From Spirochaetia bacterium (lineage in GTDB: Bacteria > Spirochaetota > Spirochaetia > SZUA-6 > Bin103), in assembly GCA_965208575.1 (NCBI GenBank), contig CBDBOV010000004.1, positions 640,001-704,000 on the forward strand: a DNA stretch of 64,000 bases, given 5' to 3'. The number at the start of each line of letters is the position of its first letter. The first letter of the stretch is position 1. The notes beneath the pieces are model-generated. The model was not told where the DNA came from, did not search any database, and saw only the letters and a list, made by a program, of their open reading frames with translations. The translations under genes were made by a program, and so were the position numbers. Positions 1-9,271 of the stretch are shown piece by piece.

Positions 1-1
1 G

Positions 2-1792
2 CAGATCGGCGCGGAGGACGGCGCGGTCGGCGGGCGCGCCATCGCCCTGCGCGACATCTGCATCCTGGTGGAGACCCGCACCGCGGTGGAGGTATACACC
101 GAGGCGCTGGCCGGCCACGGCGTGCCCCACATCGTCGACGGTGGGCGCGACTTCTTTCAGCACCAGGAGGTCAACGACGTGGCCTCGATCCTGCGCGCGG
201 TCGACGACCCAAGCGACCAGGTTTCGCTGGTGGCCGCGTTGAAGTCGGCGGCATTCGGCTGCTCCGACGTCGACCTGCTGCAACACCGCCTCGCGGGCGG
301 CCGCTTCAGTCTGCTGGGCCGGATGTTTCCTGACACCCCCGTGGGGCGGGGCCTGCGCCGACTGGCAGAGCTGTATGAGACCAAGAACCGGGTGACGCTG
401 CCGTCTCTGGTCGATCGCGCGATCCGCGACAATTTCCTGGCCGAACCGCTGTTGATCACCAGCCGCGACCGGCAACGCGTCGCCAACCTTCGCGCCATCG
501 TCGACCGGGCCGCGGAATTCGCGGTGGGAGAGACGGATGCGCTGCGTCCGTTCGTTCGCTGGCTCACCGCCCGCCAAGGCGACCCAGGCGGAGACCGGGA
601 TCTGCACCTGGCGGAGACCGATGACGACGTGGTACGCGTCATGACCGTACACGGCGCCAAGGGGCTGGAGTTCCCGGTGGTGATCCTGGCCAAGCTCAGC
701 GCCGGTATCAACCATGGTGCCGCCCGCTCGGTAGTGGACCGCGACCGCGGCATGCTGGAGTTCGCGGTCGGTAAACGCGACAACCGATTCAGTACGCCGG
801 GGTTCGCGCCCGCCGCCGCCCGCGAGCAGGCCTATGCCCACGCCGAGCAGGCGCGCCTGCTGTACGTGGCCGCTACCCGCGCCCGCGACCTGCTGGTGGT
901 GTCGGTGTTCCGGTCGGAGGAAAACCCCGGCATGTTCGGGCATCTGCCCGATCTGCCCTCCTGGGTGTCGGTGTTCGACGGCGGCTTGCGCAATGCGCCG
1001 GCGGGGGCGCGAGCAATCCTCGACGCCGACCTGCCGGAACCGCGGCGACCTGCGCAGCCGGCGCCGGCCCGCTTTCCCGGCGACCTCGCCAACCAATGGC
1101 GGCGGCGCCAAACGCGCCGCACCGCGTACCTGGAGCAGGGGCCGCGGTATACCACCCCGTCGCTGCTGGCCGCCGAGGCGCACAAGGAACCGCGTGAAAC
1201 CGAGCCACCCGACCGCAGTGCGCCAGAGCAGGACCTGGACCGTTTCGGGGATGCCGACCGAGCACTCGGTACGGCAGATGGCGCGGCCGGCGTGGCGTTT
1301 GTCGGTTCATCGGCGGGGTTGCGCCGCGGTTCGCTGGTGCACGAGGTTCTGTACCGCTGCGCGCTCGACGACACCGCCGATGCCGAGCAGTGGGCGAGGC
1401 GTCTCGCCGGCGAGCATGGCGTCCCGGAACTCGCCGCCGAGGTGGCGCGCCACACCGCAACGGTCATCACCAGCGCCGCCATGCGGCGCGTGCTGACCGC
1501 CCGCCGCGTCCTCCGCGAGCTGCCGGTGGCATGGTACGACGGCGTCGAAGACCGGGACGGCCGCTACGTGGAAGGGTTTGTGGACTTGGCGTTCGAGGAG
1601 GCCGACGGCTGGGTGCTGGCCGACTACAAGACCGACGCCCTGCCGGCGGACGGCGAAGGCGGTGTCCGCGTGCTGCAGGAGCGCTACCGGCCGCAGTTGG
1701 ACCAGTACCGCCGCGCCGTCGAGGCCACCGGCATGCGGGTAGCCGGGCACGGCCTGTGGCTCACGGCGACCGGGGACCTGCACCTCTGGTAA
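2..1792 (+). CDS. UvrD/AddA-like ATP-dependent helicase-nuclease, 5'-truncated by window edge
   Basis: SF1 helicase motifs MTVHGAKGLEFPVV and RLLYVAATRARD, then a C-terminal PD-(D/E)XK nuclease motif GFVDL...DYKTD; frame open from window start. Confidence 0.88.
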   Translation, partial: QIGAEDGAVGGRAIALRDICILVETRTAVEVYTEALAGHGVPHIVDGGRDFFQHQEVNDVASILRAVDDPSDQVSLVAALKSAAFGCSDVDLLQHRLAGGRFSLLGRMFPDTPVGRGLRRLAELYETKNRVTLPSLVDRAIRDNFLAEPLLITSRDRQRVANLRAIVDRAAEFAVGETDALRPFVRWLTARQGDPGGDRDLHLAETDDDVVRVMTVHGAKGLEFPVVILAKLSAGINHGAARSVVDRDRGMLEFAVGKRDNRFSTPGFAPAAAREQAYAHAEQARLLYVAATRARDLLVVSVFRSEENPGMFGHLPDLPSWVSVFDGGLRNAPAGARAILDADLPEPRRPAQPAPARFPGDLANQWRRRQTRRTAYLEQGPRYTTPSLLAAEAHKEPRETEPPDRSAPEQDLDRFGDADRALGTADGAAGVAFVGSSAGLRRGSLVHEVLYRCALDDTADAEQWARRLAGEHGVPELAAEVARHTATVITSAAMRRVLTARRVLRELPVAWYDGVEDRDGRYVEGFVDLAFEEADGWVLADYKTDALPADGEGGVRVLQERYRPQLDQYRRAVEATGMRVAGHGLWLTATGDLHLW

Positions 1793-1847
1793 GTAGAAGT
1801 AGCGGAGAGATGAAACCTATGGGGCGACTGTTATTGCCCACTCCAAT

Positions 1848-2627
1848 TCAAGCAACACGCTGCAGGATCTTCCGACTGAATGATTCGTGCGATGCCAGAG
1901 ACGAAATCATGTCACCGCCAACATCAGATAGTCTTGCGAGATCCAATCTCGGTATAGATGCCTGATCAGCAAATACGAGAAGCGACTCGAATTGCAGGTC
2001 ATTCCGGTGGAAGTAGGACAACATGATGGTCGTCAATCGTGCTTTGTCACGATTCGGAATACCATACAAGAAAAGAGGTGCTCCGCCCTTGCTGTCGACA
2101 CGGTAATCCACACGATAGGCTTGAGAATTGGGCACTTCCGGCTCGTAGTCTCGTAGAACCTTGGATTCATCTACCAAACTGAACAGGAGATCGGCTAAAT
2201 CAGCGTAAAACGTAGACGAAACGCTCGCACGCGAAAGCACCGTTAGGTCATATATTTTCGTCAATGCTTGACCGAATGTGAAGATGGCTTGAGAAAGTTT
2301 TTCGGGCGAGGTATCGACGCAGAATCCTCCGGAATCCCACTGGATCCCATTCTCATTCATGATTCGTTCCAGAAGCATTCCTCGGGTCCCTTCCATGAAT
2401 GAATCAATGTCGTGTTCATAGCTAACGTGCATCAGAGTGTGGCCACGGTCCGACAGACGAAGTCCACCGGATGGAGAAGTAGAGAGGTGGATTGGATAGT
2501 TGTCTCCGTCGGGAAACTTGAAGTGAGTGCGCAGCATCAAGTCGCCATCAGGACGTGTGTCGATTCCCACATCCACACACAATCGATCACATAGCAGCCG
2601 CTGAATCGATTCTACGTCGAACCTCAT
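1848..2627 (-). CDS. DUF1828-like protein
   Basis: 259-aa ORF with F.FPDGD...I.L...LRLSDRGHTL N-terminal signature; visibly lower GC than flanks. Confidence 0.65.
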   Translation of the reverse strand: MRFDVESIQRLLCDRLCVDVGIDTRPDGDLMLRTHFKFPDGDNYPIHLSTSPSGGLRLSDRGHTLMHVSYEHDIDSFMEGTRGMLLERIMNENGIQWDSGGFCVDTSPEKLSQAIFTFGQALTKIYDLTVLSRASVSSTFYADLADLLFSLVDESKVLRDYEPEVPNSQAYRVDYRVDSKGGAPLFLYGIPNRDKARLTTIMLSYFHRNDLQFESLLVFADQASIPRLDLARLSDVGGDMISSLASHESFSRKILQRVA

Positions 2628-2864
2628 TCGAACATCTCCAACTGTTTGTCACGAGCGACCTCGACTCCACTCAGATTGAAGTCCTCAATGAGACAATCTA
2701 GTGCACCATCGAGATCACTGAATCGATCGCTTTCCTGTGCCTCGGACTCCGGCTTCTTTCCCTCGACTTGGGCTTTTCCGTCCAGCGCGCCCGTGGATTG
2801 GAAACAGCTTTGGCATCTCTTGCAGCGAAGCCAACTCGTCGTCCGTATATTGCTTAGCAGCCAC
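2624..2864 (-). pseudogene. Frameshifted, internally deleted remnant of the small gene upstream of the DUF1828-like gene
   Basis: Protein-like pieces in three frames: AAKQYTDDELASLQEMPK / VSNPRARWTEKPKSR / KPESEAQESDRFSDLDGALDCLIEDFNLSG; stop overlaps next ATG (ATGA). Confidence 0.45.
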
Positions 2865-3134
2865 AGACACTCGCCATCGGGAGACAGCTTCCGACGATAA
2901 CGAACCTGCATCGAGGCCAGTTACGGACACATGGTGGATGAAGGGTACAGCCGCCCGTCTCGATCCAGTAGGACACTGTTGTCATTCTGCTCATAGTATC
3001 GGCGGATTCGCATCAGGTGTACCCTAGGTTCTCGTGCCGTGTACCGTGATCTGTGTTGTCGGCACAACCGGCATACGGCCCCGCGCCAGGTGCTGACATG
3101 ACGGTGTCGCATCGAAACCGACACACACGGGGAT

Positions 3135-5252
3135 TTGCGCGAGCGCGTCCCTCGTGGTACGTATCGAGTCGTGTCCGCCCACCGCAACACGCTTTCCGTC
3201 AGCCGGGGCCGTCCGGTGCCGCTCGGCGCCACCGTTGTCGGCGACAGCACTCAGTTTGCCCTGTTCAGCCGCCACGCCACCGCGGTGACGCTGCTGCTGT
3301 ATGAGGACGCGGGCGCGGTTCGGCCGGCTGCCGAGGTTGTGCTCGACCGCGACCACCATCGCACCGGGGACATCTGGCACGCCGCGGTTGCGGGCGTGGG
3401 CGCCGGCTGGTGCTACCTGTACCGGGTCGACGGGCCGTTCGCACCGCGGCATGGCCATCGCTTTGACGCGCGGCGGTTGCTGTTCGACCCCTACGCCAAG
3501 GCGTTCACCGGCGCCGTGCCGGCGCGGCAACGGGCCGCCGAGCTTCCGGATGGCAGGCCGCGCTGCGTCGTGGTAGACACGGCCTTCGACTGGGGGGATG
3601 ACCGCCACCCGCGCCACCCGTTGCACCGCAGCCTGATCTACGAGGTGCACGTGCGCGGCTTTACCGCTCATCCGAGCGCCGGCGGCGCGCATCCCGGCAC
3701 CTTCCTCGGCCTGTGCGAACGGATCCCATACCTGCGTTCGCTAGGCGTGACCGCGGTCGAACTGCTGCCGGTGCACGAATCGGACGAGTATGCCGGCGGC
3801 GCGCCCGCGCACCCGGACGCCGCGCCGCTGGTCAACTACTGGGGCTACAACCCGATCGGCCTGTACGCCCCGAAGCGCCGCTACAGCGCGGAGGCCGAAC
3901 CCGGCGGGCAGGTGACCGAGTTCAAGCAGATGGTGCGGGAGTTGCATGCGGCCGGGATCGAGGTGATTTTGGACATGGTGTTCAACCACACCCCCGAAGG
4001 CGACGCGAGCGGCCCTACCCTCTCCTATCGCGGCCTGGACAACAGCACCTACTACCTGCTCGACCCCGGCGACCGCAGCCGCTACCTCGACTTCACCGGC
4101 TGCCGCAACACTTTGAACTGCAACCACCCGGTGGTGCGGCGGATGATCATCGACTGCCTGCACTACTGGGTGGTGGAGATGCACGTCGACGGGTTTCGTT
4201 TCGACCTGGCGTCGGTGCTCGGCCGCGACCGTTCCGGCAACCTGAGCGCCAACACGCCGATCCTGGAGCAGATCGGCGAGGATCCGGTGCTGCGCGACAC
4301 CAAGATCATCGCCGAGGCGTGGGACGCCGCCGGCGCCTACCAGGTGGGCAAGTTCCCGGGCGACCGGTGGGCGGAACTCAACGACCGCTTCCGCAACGAC
4401 GTGCGCCGCTTCTGGCGCGGCGACGGCACCGCCGCCGCCCTCGCTACCCGGCTTGCGGGCAGCGCCGACCTGTACCAGGGCAACGGCCGCCGCCCTGCGC
4501 ACAGCATCAACTTCATCACCTGCCACGACGGCTTTACCCTGCACGACCTGGTGAGCTACGCGGCCAAGCACAACGACGCCAACGGCGAACGCAACCGCGA
4601 CGGCAGCGACTACAACGTGAGCGCAAACTACGGCGTCGAGGGGCCCACCGACGATCCCGCGATCGCTGCGGTCCGGCTGCGCCAGAGCAAGAACCTGCTG
4701 GCCACGCTGCTGTTGTCGCTCGGCACGCCGCTGCTGCTCGGCGGCGACGAACTGGCGCGCACCCAGCGCGGCAACAACAACGCCTACTGCCACGACAACG
4801 AGTTGTCCTGGTTCGACTGGACCCCCACCGCGGCCGGCGACGAACTGAGCCGCTTCTGCCGGGCGCTGGCGACCCTGCGCGCCGCTCACCCGGCCTTGCA
4901 CCGCGACGCCTTCTACCCCGATCCGTCGCCGGGCGACGACGGCGTACGCTGGTACGCGGCCGGCGGCGGCGCACCCGACTGGGAACGGGAACAGTCCCGC
5001 CTGGCCGCCTGCCTGATGAACGCCGCCGGCGACTTGTACCTGATGTGCAACGCAACCACAGCCGCATGCTCGTTCGCCGTCCCCGCGGCACCGCACGGCG
5101 GCTCCTGGCGGCGGCTGATCGAGACCGCGCAGCCACCGCCGGACGACATATGCCCGCTCGACGAGGGCCGGTTGATCACTCCCCAGGAGTCCTATAATGC
5201 GGCCGCGCGTTCATTGGTGCTGCTGGCGGCGCCACCGAATGCCGGACGCTGA
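3135..5252 (+). CDS. glgX: Glycogen debranching enzyme (GH13_11); true start may be GTG 3171
   Basis: Motifs NYWGYNP, DMVFNHT, VDGFRFDLAS, IAEAWD, NFITCHDGFTLHDLVSY, QRGNNNAYCHDN. Confidence 0.93.
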   Translation: MRERVPRGTYRVVSAHRNTLSVSRGRPVPLGATVVGDSTQFALFSRHATAVTLLLYEDAGAVRPAAEVVLDRDHHRTGDIWHAAVAGVGAGWCYLYRVDGPFAPRHGHRFDARRLLFDPYAKAFTGAVPARQRAAELPDGRPRCVVVDTAFDWGDDRHPRHPLHRSLIYEVHVRGFTAHPSAGGAHPGTFLGLCERIPYLRSLGVTAVELLPVHESDEYAGGAPAHPDAAPLVNYWGYNPIGLYAPKRRYSAEAEPGGQVTEFKQMVRELHAAGIEVILDMVFNHTPEGDASGPTLSYRGLDNSTYYLLDPGDRSRYLDFTGCRNTLNCNHPVVRRMIIDCLHYWVVEMHVDGFRFDLASVLGRDRSGNLSANTPILEQIGEDPVLRDTKIIAEAWDAAGAYQVGKFPGDRWAELNDRFRNDVRRFWRGDGTAAALATRLAGSADLYQGNGRRPAHSINFITCHDGFTLHDLVSYAAKHNDANGERNRDGSDYNVSANYGVEGPTDDPAIAAVRLRQSKNLLATLLLSLGTPLLLGGDELARTQRGNNNAYCHDNELSWFDWTPTAAGDELSRFCRALATLRAAHPALHRDAFYPDPSPGDDGVRWYAAGGGAPDWEREQSRLAACLMNAAGDLYLMCNATTAACSFAVPAAPHGGSWRRLIETAQPPPDDICPLDEGRLITPQESYNAAARSLVLLAAPPNAGR

Positions 5253-5717
5253 TCCGGTTTGTCTGCCGTCCTGTTTCGCAGGTCAACGGCCAAGTAGTCC
5301 ACGGCAGCCTCCCGAATCGCAGCCAGGACCGCTTCCGGCGTGCACTGATCGCCCACTACATCGCTGGCGAGGCCCGGCAGGTGGCCTAGTACTACTTCCC
5401 GGTACTGGACATGGACGCCCGCGAAGTGTCGCTGGAGGAGGGCCCCGGCGGTGGCCCGTGCGCCATCTGGGTAGACCGCGATCGTAGCCCGACCGTAGAG
5501 ATTCAGCCCGCCGCCACCTGAGCTCAGCGCCCGACGTGCCGAGTTGCCGGCCGTTGGTTGACGACCGGCAGCGAAGTGTGTTACTCTTTTTCATGGATAT
5601 CCCATTAAGTTATCTAAATTCACCCGCTGTTCTCGTTTTTCACAGACTTAACCTCAGCGCTATCTGCCACGAAGGCACAAGAGTGGACGACTGAAGAAGA
5701 ACATCAAATCAGGAAAA

Positions 5718-7268
5718 TTGGCTCAACTGCATCGTTTTTCACAGTCGATTAGGGTTTTTCGCGAACAACGCTTACCGGTTACCGGCACTCCGGCGGGCTA
5801 CGCAGCGCTTATCGATGCATACGATCTGCGCGTGCCACTACCACGCACGTTGAGCGCCACCGGCGAGCGCCATCGGTTTCTGGCGCAGGCCGGCTGGCGG
5901 ATCTACTCGCCGCGGCACGTACCGCCGCCGAGTCTGGCAGGCCACCTGACCTTCGCACTGAAACACGAGGGACTGGATCTGGCCGTGCTCAAGCGGCTGT
6001 TCCTTGCCACCGGGCCCGCGCCGATCGAGGCGATCGTCAGAGCCGCTCCTACCGGCGCCTACGCTCGGCGCGTCTGGTTCCTGTACGAATGGCTCACCGG
6101 CAGGAGGCTCGACTTGCCGAACGCCGACCGCGGCGCCTACCCACCGGTCGTCCAGCCGAACCTACAGTACGCCGCAGCCGTTACGACTTCCTCGCGCCAT
6201 CGAGTAAAGAACAACCTGCCGGGGACACCCGAGTTCTGCCCCCTGGTGTTCCGCACCGAGCGCCTGGACCGCTTCATCCAACTGGACCTGCCCACCCGTG
6301 CACGAGAAGCCGTAGCCGCCGTGCCGCAGGATCTGATGGCGCGCGCCGCCGCGTTTCTGCTGCTCAAGGACTCCCAGGCAAGCTATGTCATTGAAGGTGA
6401 GCGCCCGCCGCAGGATCGCGTCCAGCGCTGGGGCCGCGCCATCGGTCAGGCGGGCAGGCAGCCGCTGGATCTCGACGAGCTACTGCGCCTACAGCAAATC
6501 GTGATTGGCGATGCCCGCTTCGTGCAACTCGGATTGCGGACCGAGGGAGGCTTCGTCGGCGAATGGGGTCGCGAGACCCAGCAGCCGATCCCGGACCACA
6601 TAAGCGCAAAGCCGGACGATCTGCCGGACCTCGTGAGTGGCCTGATCGCCTTCGATCGACAGGCGGCGCGCGAGCTCGATCCCGTTTTAGCTGCCGCTGC
6701 CCTCGCGTTCGGTTTCGTCTACATCCACCCCTTCGAGGATGGCAATGGCAGAGTGCACCGATACCTGATCCACCACGTCCTGGGCGAGCGAGGCTTCAAC
6801 CCTCCCGGCGTGATGTTTCCCGTCTCCGCAGCGATCCTGGACCGTATCCGCGACTACCGCACCACCCTGGAGGACTACTCGACGCGACTGCTGCCGGTGG
6901 TGGACTGGAAACCGACCGAACGGGGCAACGTCACCGTTCTGAACGCCACCGCCGACTTCTACCGGTTCTTCGACGCCACGCCGCACGCCGAGTTTCTGTA
7001 TGGGTGCGTGCAGCACACCATCGAGCACGACCTGCCGAATGAGGCCGAGTTCCTGAGACGGCACGCTACGTTCCGCACCGGGCTGAACCTGATCGTCGAC
7101 ATGCCGGAACCTCGGTCCAACCTCCTGCTGCGGTTCCTGCGCCAGAACGGCGGCAAGCTGTCCCGTCGCGGGAGGACGAGGGAATTCGCGCCGCTGACCG
7201 AGGACGAGGTCGCACAGGTAGAGGCGCTCTACCAGGAAACATTCGACGATGCCGATGACGTCAACTGA
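5718..7268 (+). CDS. Fic-domain protein
   Basis: Canonical Fic motif HPFEDGNGRVHR. Confidence 0.9.
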   Translation: MAQLHRFSQSIRVFREQRLPVTGTPAGYAALIDAYDLRVPLPRTLSATGERHRFLAQAGWRIYSPRHVPPPSLAGHLTFALKHEGLDLAVLKRLFLATGPAPIEAIVRAAPTGAYARRVWFLYEWLTGRRLDLPNADRGAYPPVVQPNLQYAAAVTTSSRHRVKNNLPGTPEFCPLVFRTERLDRFIQLDLPTRAREAVAAVPQDLMARAAAFLLLKDSQASYVIEGERPPQDRVQRWGRAIGQAGRQPLDLDELLRLQQIVIGDARFVQLGLRTEGGFVGEWGRETQQPIPDHISAKPDDLPDLVSGLIAFDRQAARELDPVLAAAALAFGFVYIHPFEDGNGRVHRYLIHHVLGERGFNPPGVMFPVSAAILDRIRDYRTTLEDYSTRLLPVVDWKPTERGNVTVLNATADFYRFFDATPHAEFLYGCVQHTIEHDLPNEAEFLRRHATFRTGLNLIVDMPEPRSNLLLRFLRQNGGKLSRRGRTREFAPLTEDEVAQVEALYQETFDDADDVN

Positions 7269-7292
7269 GGATCGTTCCGTGCCGGTCGCTGC

Positions 7293-9179
7293 TTATCCGC
7301 ACCCTGGGTGGGAAACGAGCCATGACACCTCGTAGGGGGCCAGGGGCAGTTCCCACGGTCCGCCGGCGGGTAGCGCGCGTTCGGTTCCGGTGATCAGTTC
7401 GCGGACGGCGCGGCGGCCCTGAAACAGGGTGGAGTCCAACCGAACCCGTTGCGGTGCCGCCGAGACGTTGGTGAGGGCAACAACGCGGCGTCCGTCGCCG
7501 TCGGCGACTACCGCCATCACCGCTGGCGGAGTGTCGAGCACCTGCAGGGGTGGACCCCCCGGGTCGAAGGCCGGCGCCGCAGCACGCACGGCGATCAGGT
7601 GCAGGAGGCGCTCCAGCACCCGCGCCATCTGGCTGCCATCGCCGTCCAGTTCGGCGTACAGCGCCGCCTCTTCGAATTGCTCCCGGTTGATGGAGCGGTT
7701 CTCGTCCAGTTGGCCGGGGTCGACCCTGTTGGGGACGCCCAGCAGGCCGTTGATGTAGAACGCCGGCACGCCGCGAAGGGTCAGGCCGAGCGCCGCGCAC
7801 GCCACGTAGCGGTCCACCTGGAGTTGCAGCGGCTCGTCGGCGTCCGCGCGGTTGATCAGGCTCCACGGAGTGGCGCACAGCTCGTAGATGATGCGCCCGC
7901 CGCCCGGCTGCCGGGAGTAGTTGGGCAGTGCGCCGTGGCCGGTGACCAGGTCCTGTACCATCCGTTCCAGGTCGGCGTCCGGCAGCAGGCCGAGCACCGG
8001 CTTGCGGCCCATGCCGTCGTGGCTTCCGTACACCGTTATGAACTGCCGGCCCCCGAACGGCTCCAGGGTGCCGAGCCAGCGCTTGTAGTGTCGCGCGTCG
8101 CCCGAATGCAACGCGTGCACGGCCAGCGGAAAGTGCGCGAACTGGTAGACCAGGTCGCTCTCCACGCCCGCTTCCACGCTGCCCAGGTAGGGCAAGATGG
8201 TATCCTGCGGTTCATTCACTTCGGCCACGCTCACCAGGTCCGCGCGTCCGGCCAGCGCATCGCGCAGCACCTGCAGCAGCCGATGGGTGTTGGGATGGTG
8301 AATGCTCGCGGTGCCGAGTTCCTTCCACATGTAGCCGGCGGCATCGAGCCGCACCCAGTCGGCGCCGTGCCCGCGGTAGCACAGCAGCACCTCCAGCATC
8401 TCCAGCAGCACGCGCGGATTGCGAAAGTTGAGATCGACCTGCCGGGTGGCAGCGCTGCCATCCGAGTTGGGCGGGCGCGAGAAGGTGGTCCACACCCAGC
8501 CGCCGACGCCGACGGACGCTTCGCCGTCCGGTGCCCCAATGGCCGGCGGATCGAACGTTGCCCGCGTGTGGCCACCGGTGGCCACCAGGTAATAACGCGT
8601 CAGCACCGGGTCCGGCCGCGGCCGGGTGAGCGCCGCCAACTCGCTCGCAGCGGGCTGCTTGCCGTCGTCATACCGTATGACGAAGTCCCGGTAGCGCGGA
8701 TCGCCGGTCAGGGCGCCCTGCACCAGCGGGTTGTCGAGCGAAGCGTGATTGATCACCAGGTCGACCATCAGGTGGGTGAACTCGCCGGCCAGCGCTTCGA
8801 TGTCCGCCCAGGTGCCGTTGCGCGAGTCTACCGCACGGTAGTCTTGCACCGAGAATCCGCGGTCGGTGTCCCACGGGTAGAACGGCAGCAGGTGCAGGGT
8901 GTTGACGGTGCCCGCCGGCAGGTAGCGCCGCACGAAGCGGCGCAGCGCGGCCAGCGGCGCGCCGGCCGCGCCGCCGATCGAGTCGGCGTAAGCGATCAGC
9001 GCCACATCTCCGGCGCCGGGCATGCGCACGGATCGCGGCTGCGACGTCGACTGGTCCTCGCGTGCCTGTGAGGCCAAGCCGTGGCGGTGCCACAATTCCT
9101 GCAGTTCCGCGAGCGCGCCATCGGCCCGGCGGCCGTAGAGATGGCGGAGATTCGCCGCCAGTCGTCGCGGAACACTCAC
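7293..9179 (-). CDS. GH13_18 sucrose/glucosylglycerate phosphorylase-like enzyme
   Basis: LHLLPFYPW.TDRGFSVQDY, DLVINHAS, QVDLNF, RLDAAGYMWKELGT, SHDG motifs; GTG 9179 preceded by GAGGGTGG. Confidence 0.85.
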   Translation of the reverse strand: MSVPRRLAANLRHLYGRRADGALAELQELWHRHGLASQAREDQSTSQPRSVRMPGAGDVALIAYADSIGGAAGAPLAALRRFVRRYLPAGTVNTLHLLPFYPWDTDRGFSVQDYRAVDSRNGTWADIEALAGEFTHLMVDLVINHASLDNPLVQGALTGDPRYRDFVIRYDDGKQPAASELAALTRPRPDPVLTRYYLVATGGHTRATFDPPAIGAPDGEASVGVGGWVWTTFSRPPNSDGSAATRQVDLNFRNPRVLLEMLEVLLCYRGHGADWVRLDAAGYMWKELGTASIHHPNTHRLLQVLRDALAGRADLVSVAEVNEPQDTILPYLGSVEAGVESDLVYQFAHFPLAVHALHSGDARHYKRWLGTLEPFGGRQFITVYGSHDGMGRKPVLGLLPDADLERMVQDLVTGHGALPNYSRQPGGGRIIYELCATPWSLINRADADEPLQLQVDRYVACAALGLTLRGVPAFYINGLLGVPNRVDPGQLDENRSINREQFEEAALYAELDGDGSQMARVLERLLHLIAVRAAAPAFDPGGPPLQVLDTPPAVMAVVADGDGRRVVALTNVSAAPQRVRLDSTLFQGRRAVRELITGTERALPAGGPWELPLAPYEVSWLVSHPGCG

Positions 9180-9271
9180 GGTGACGGCCCACCCTCGCCA
9201 CCGAGGGCGCGCCCATGGCCGCGCAAGCAAAGGACCGCTGCAGGAGCTAGCATCACGCCATACACTTTAGG

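Noticed and set aside
5390-5522. Protein-like fragment YYFPVLDMDAREVSLEEG...VEIQPAAT
   Set aside because: Probably a gene remnant, but too short to assign.
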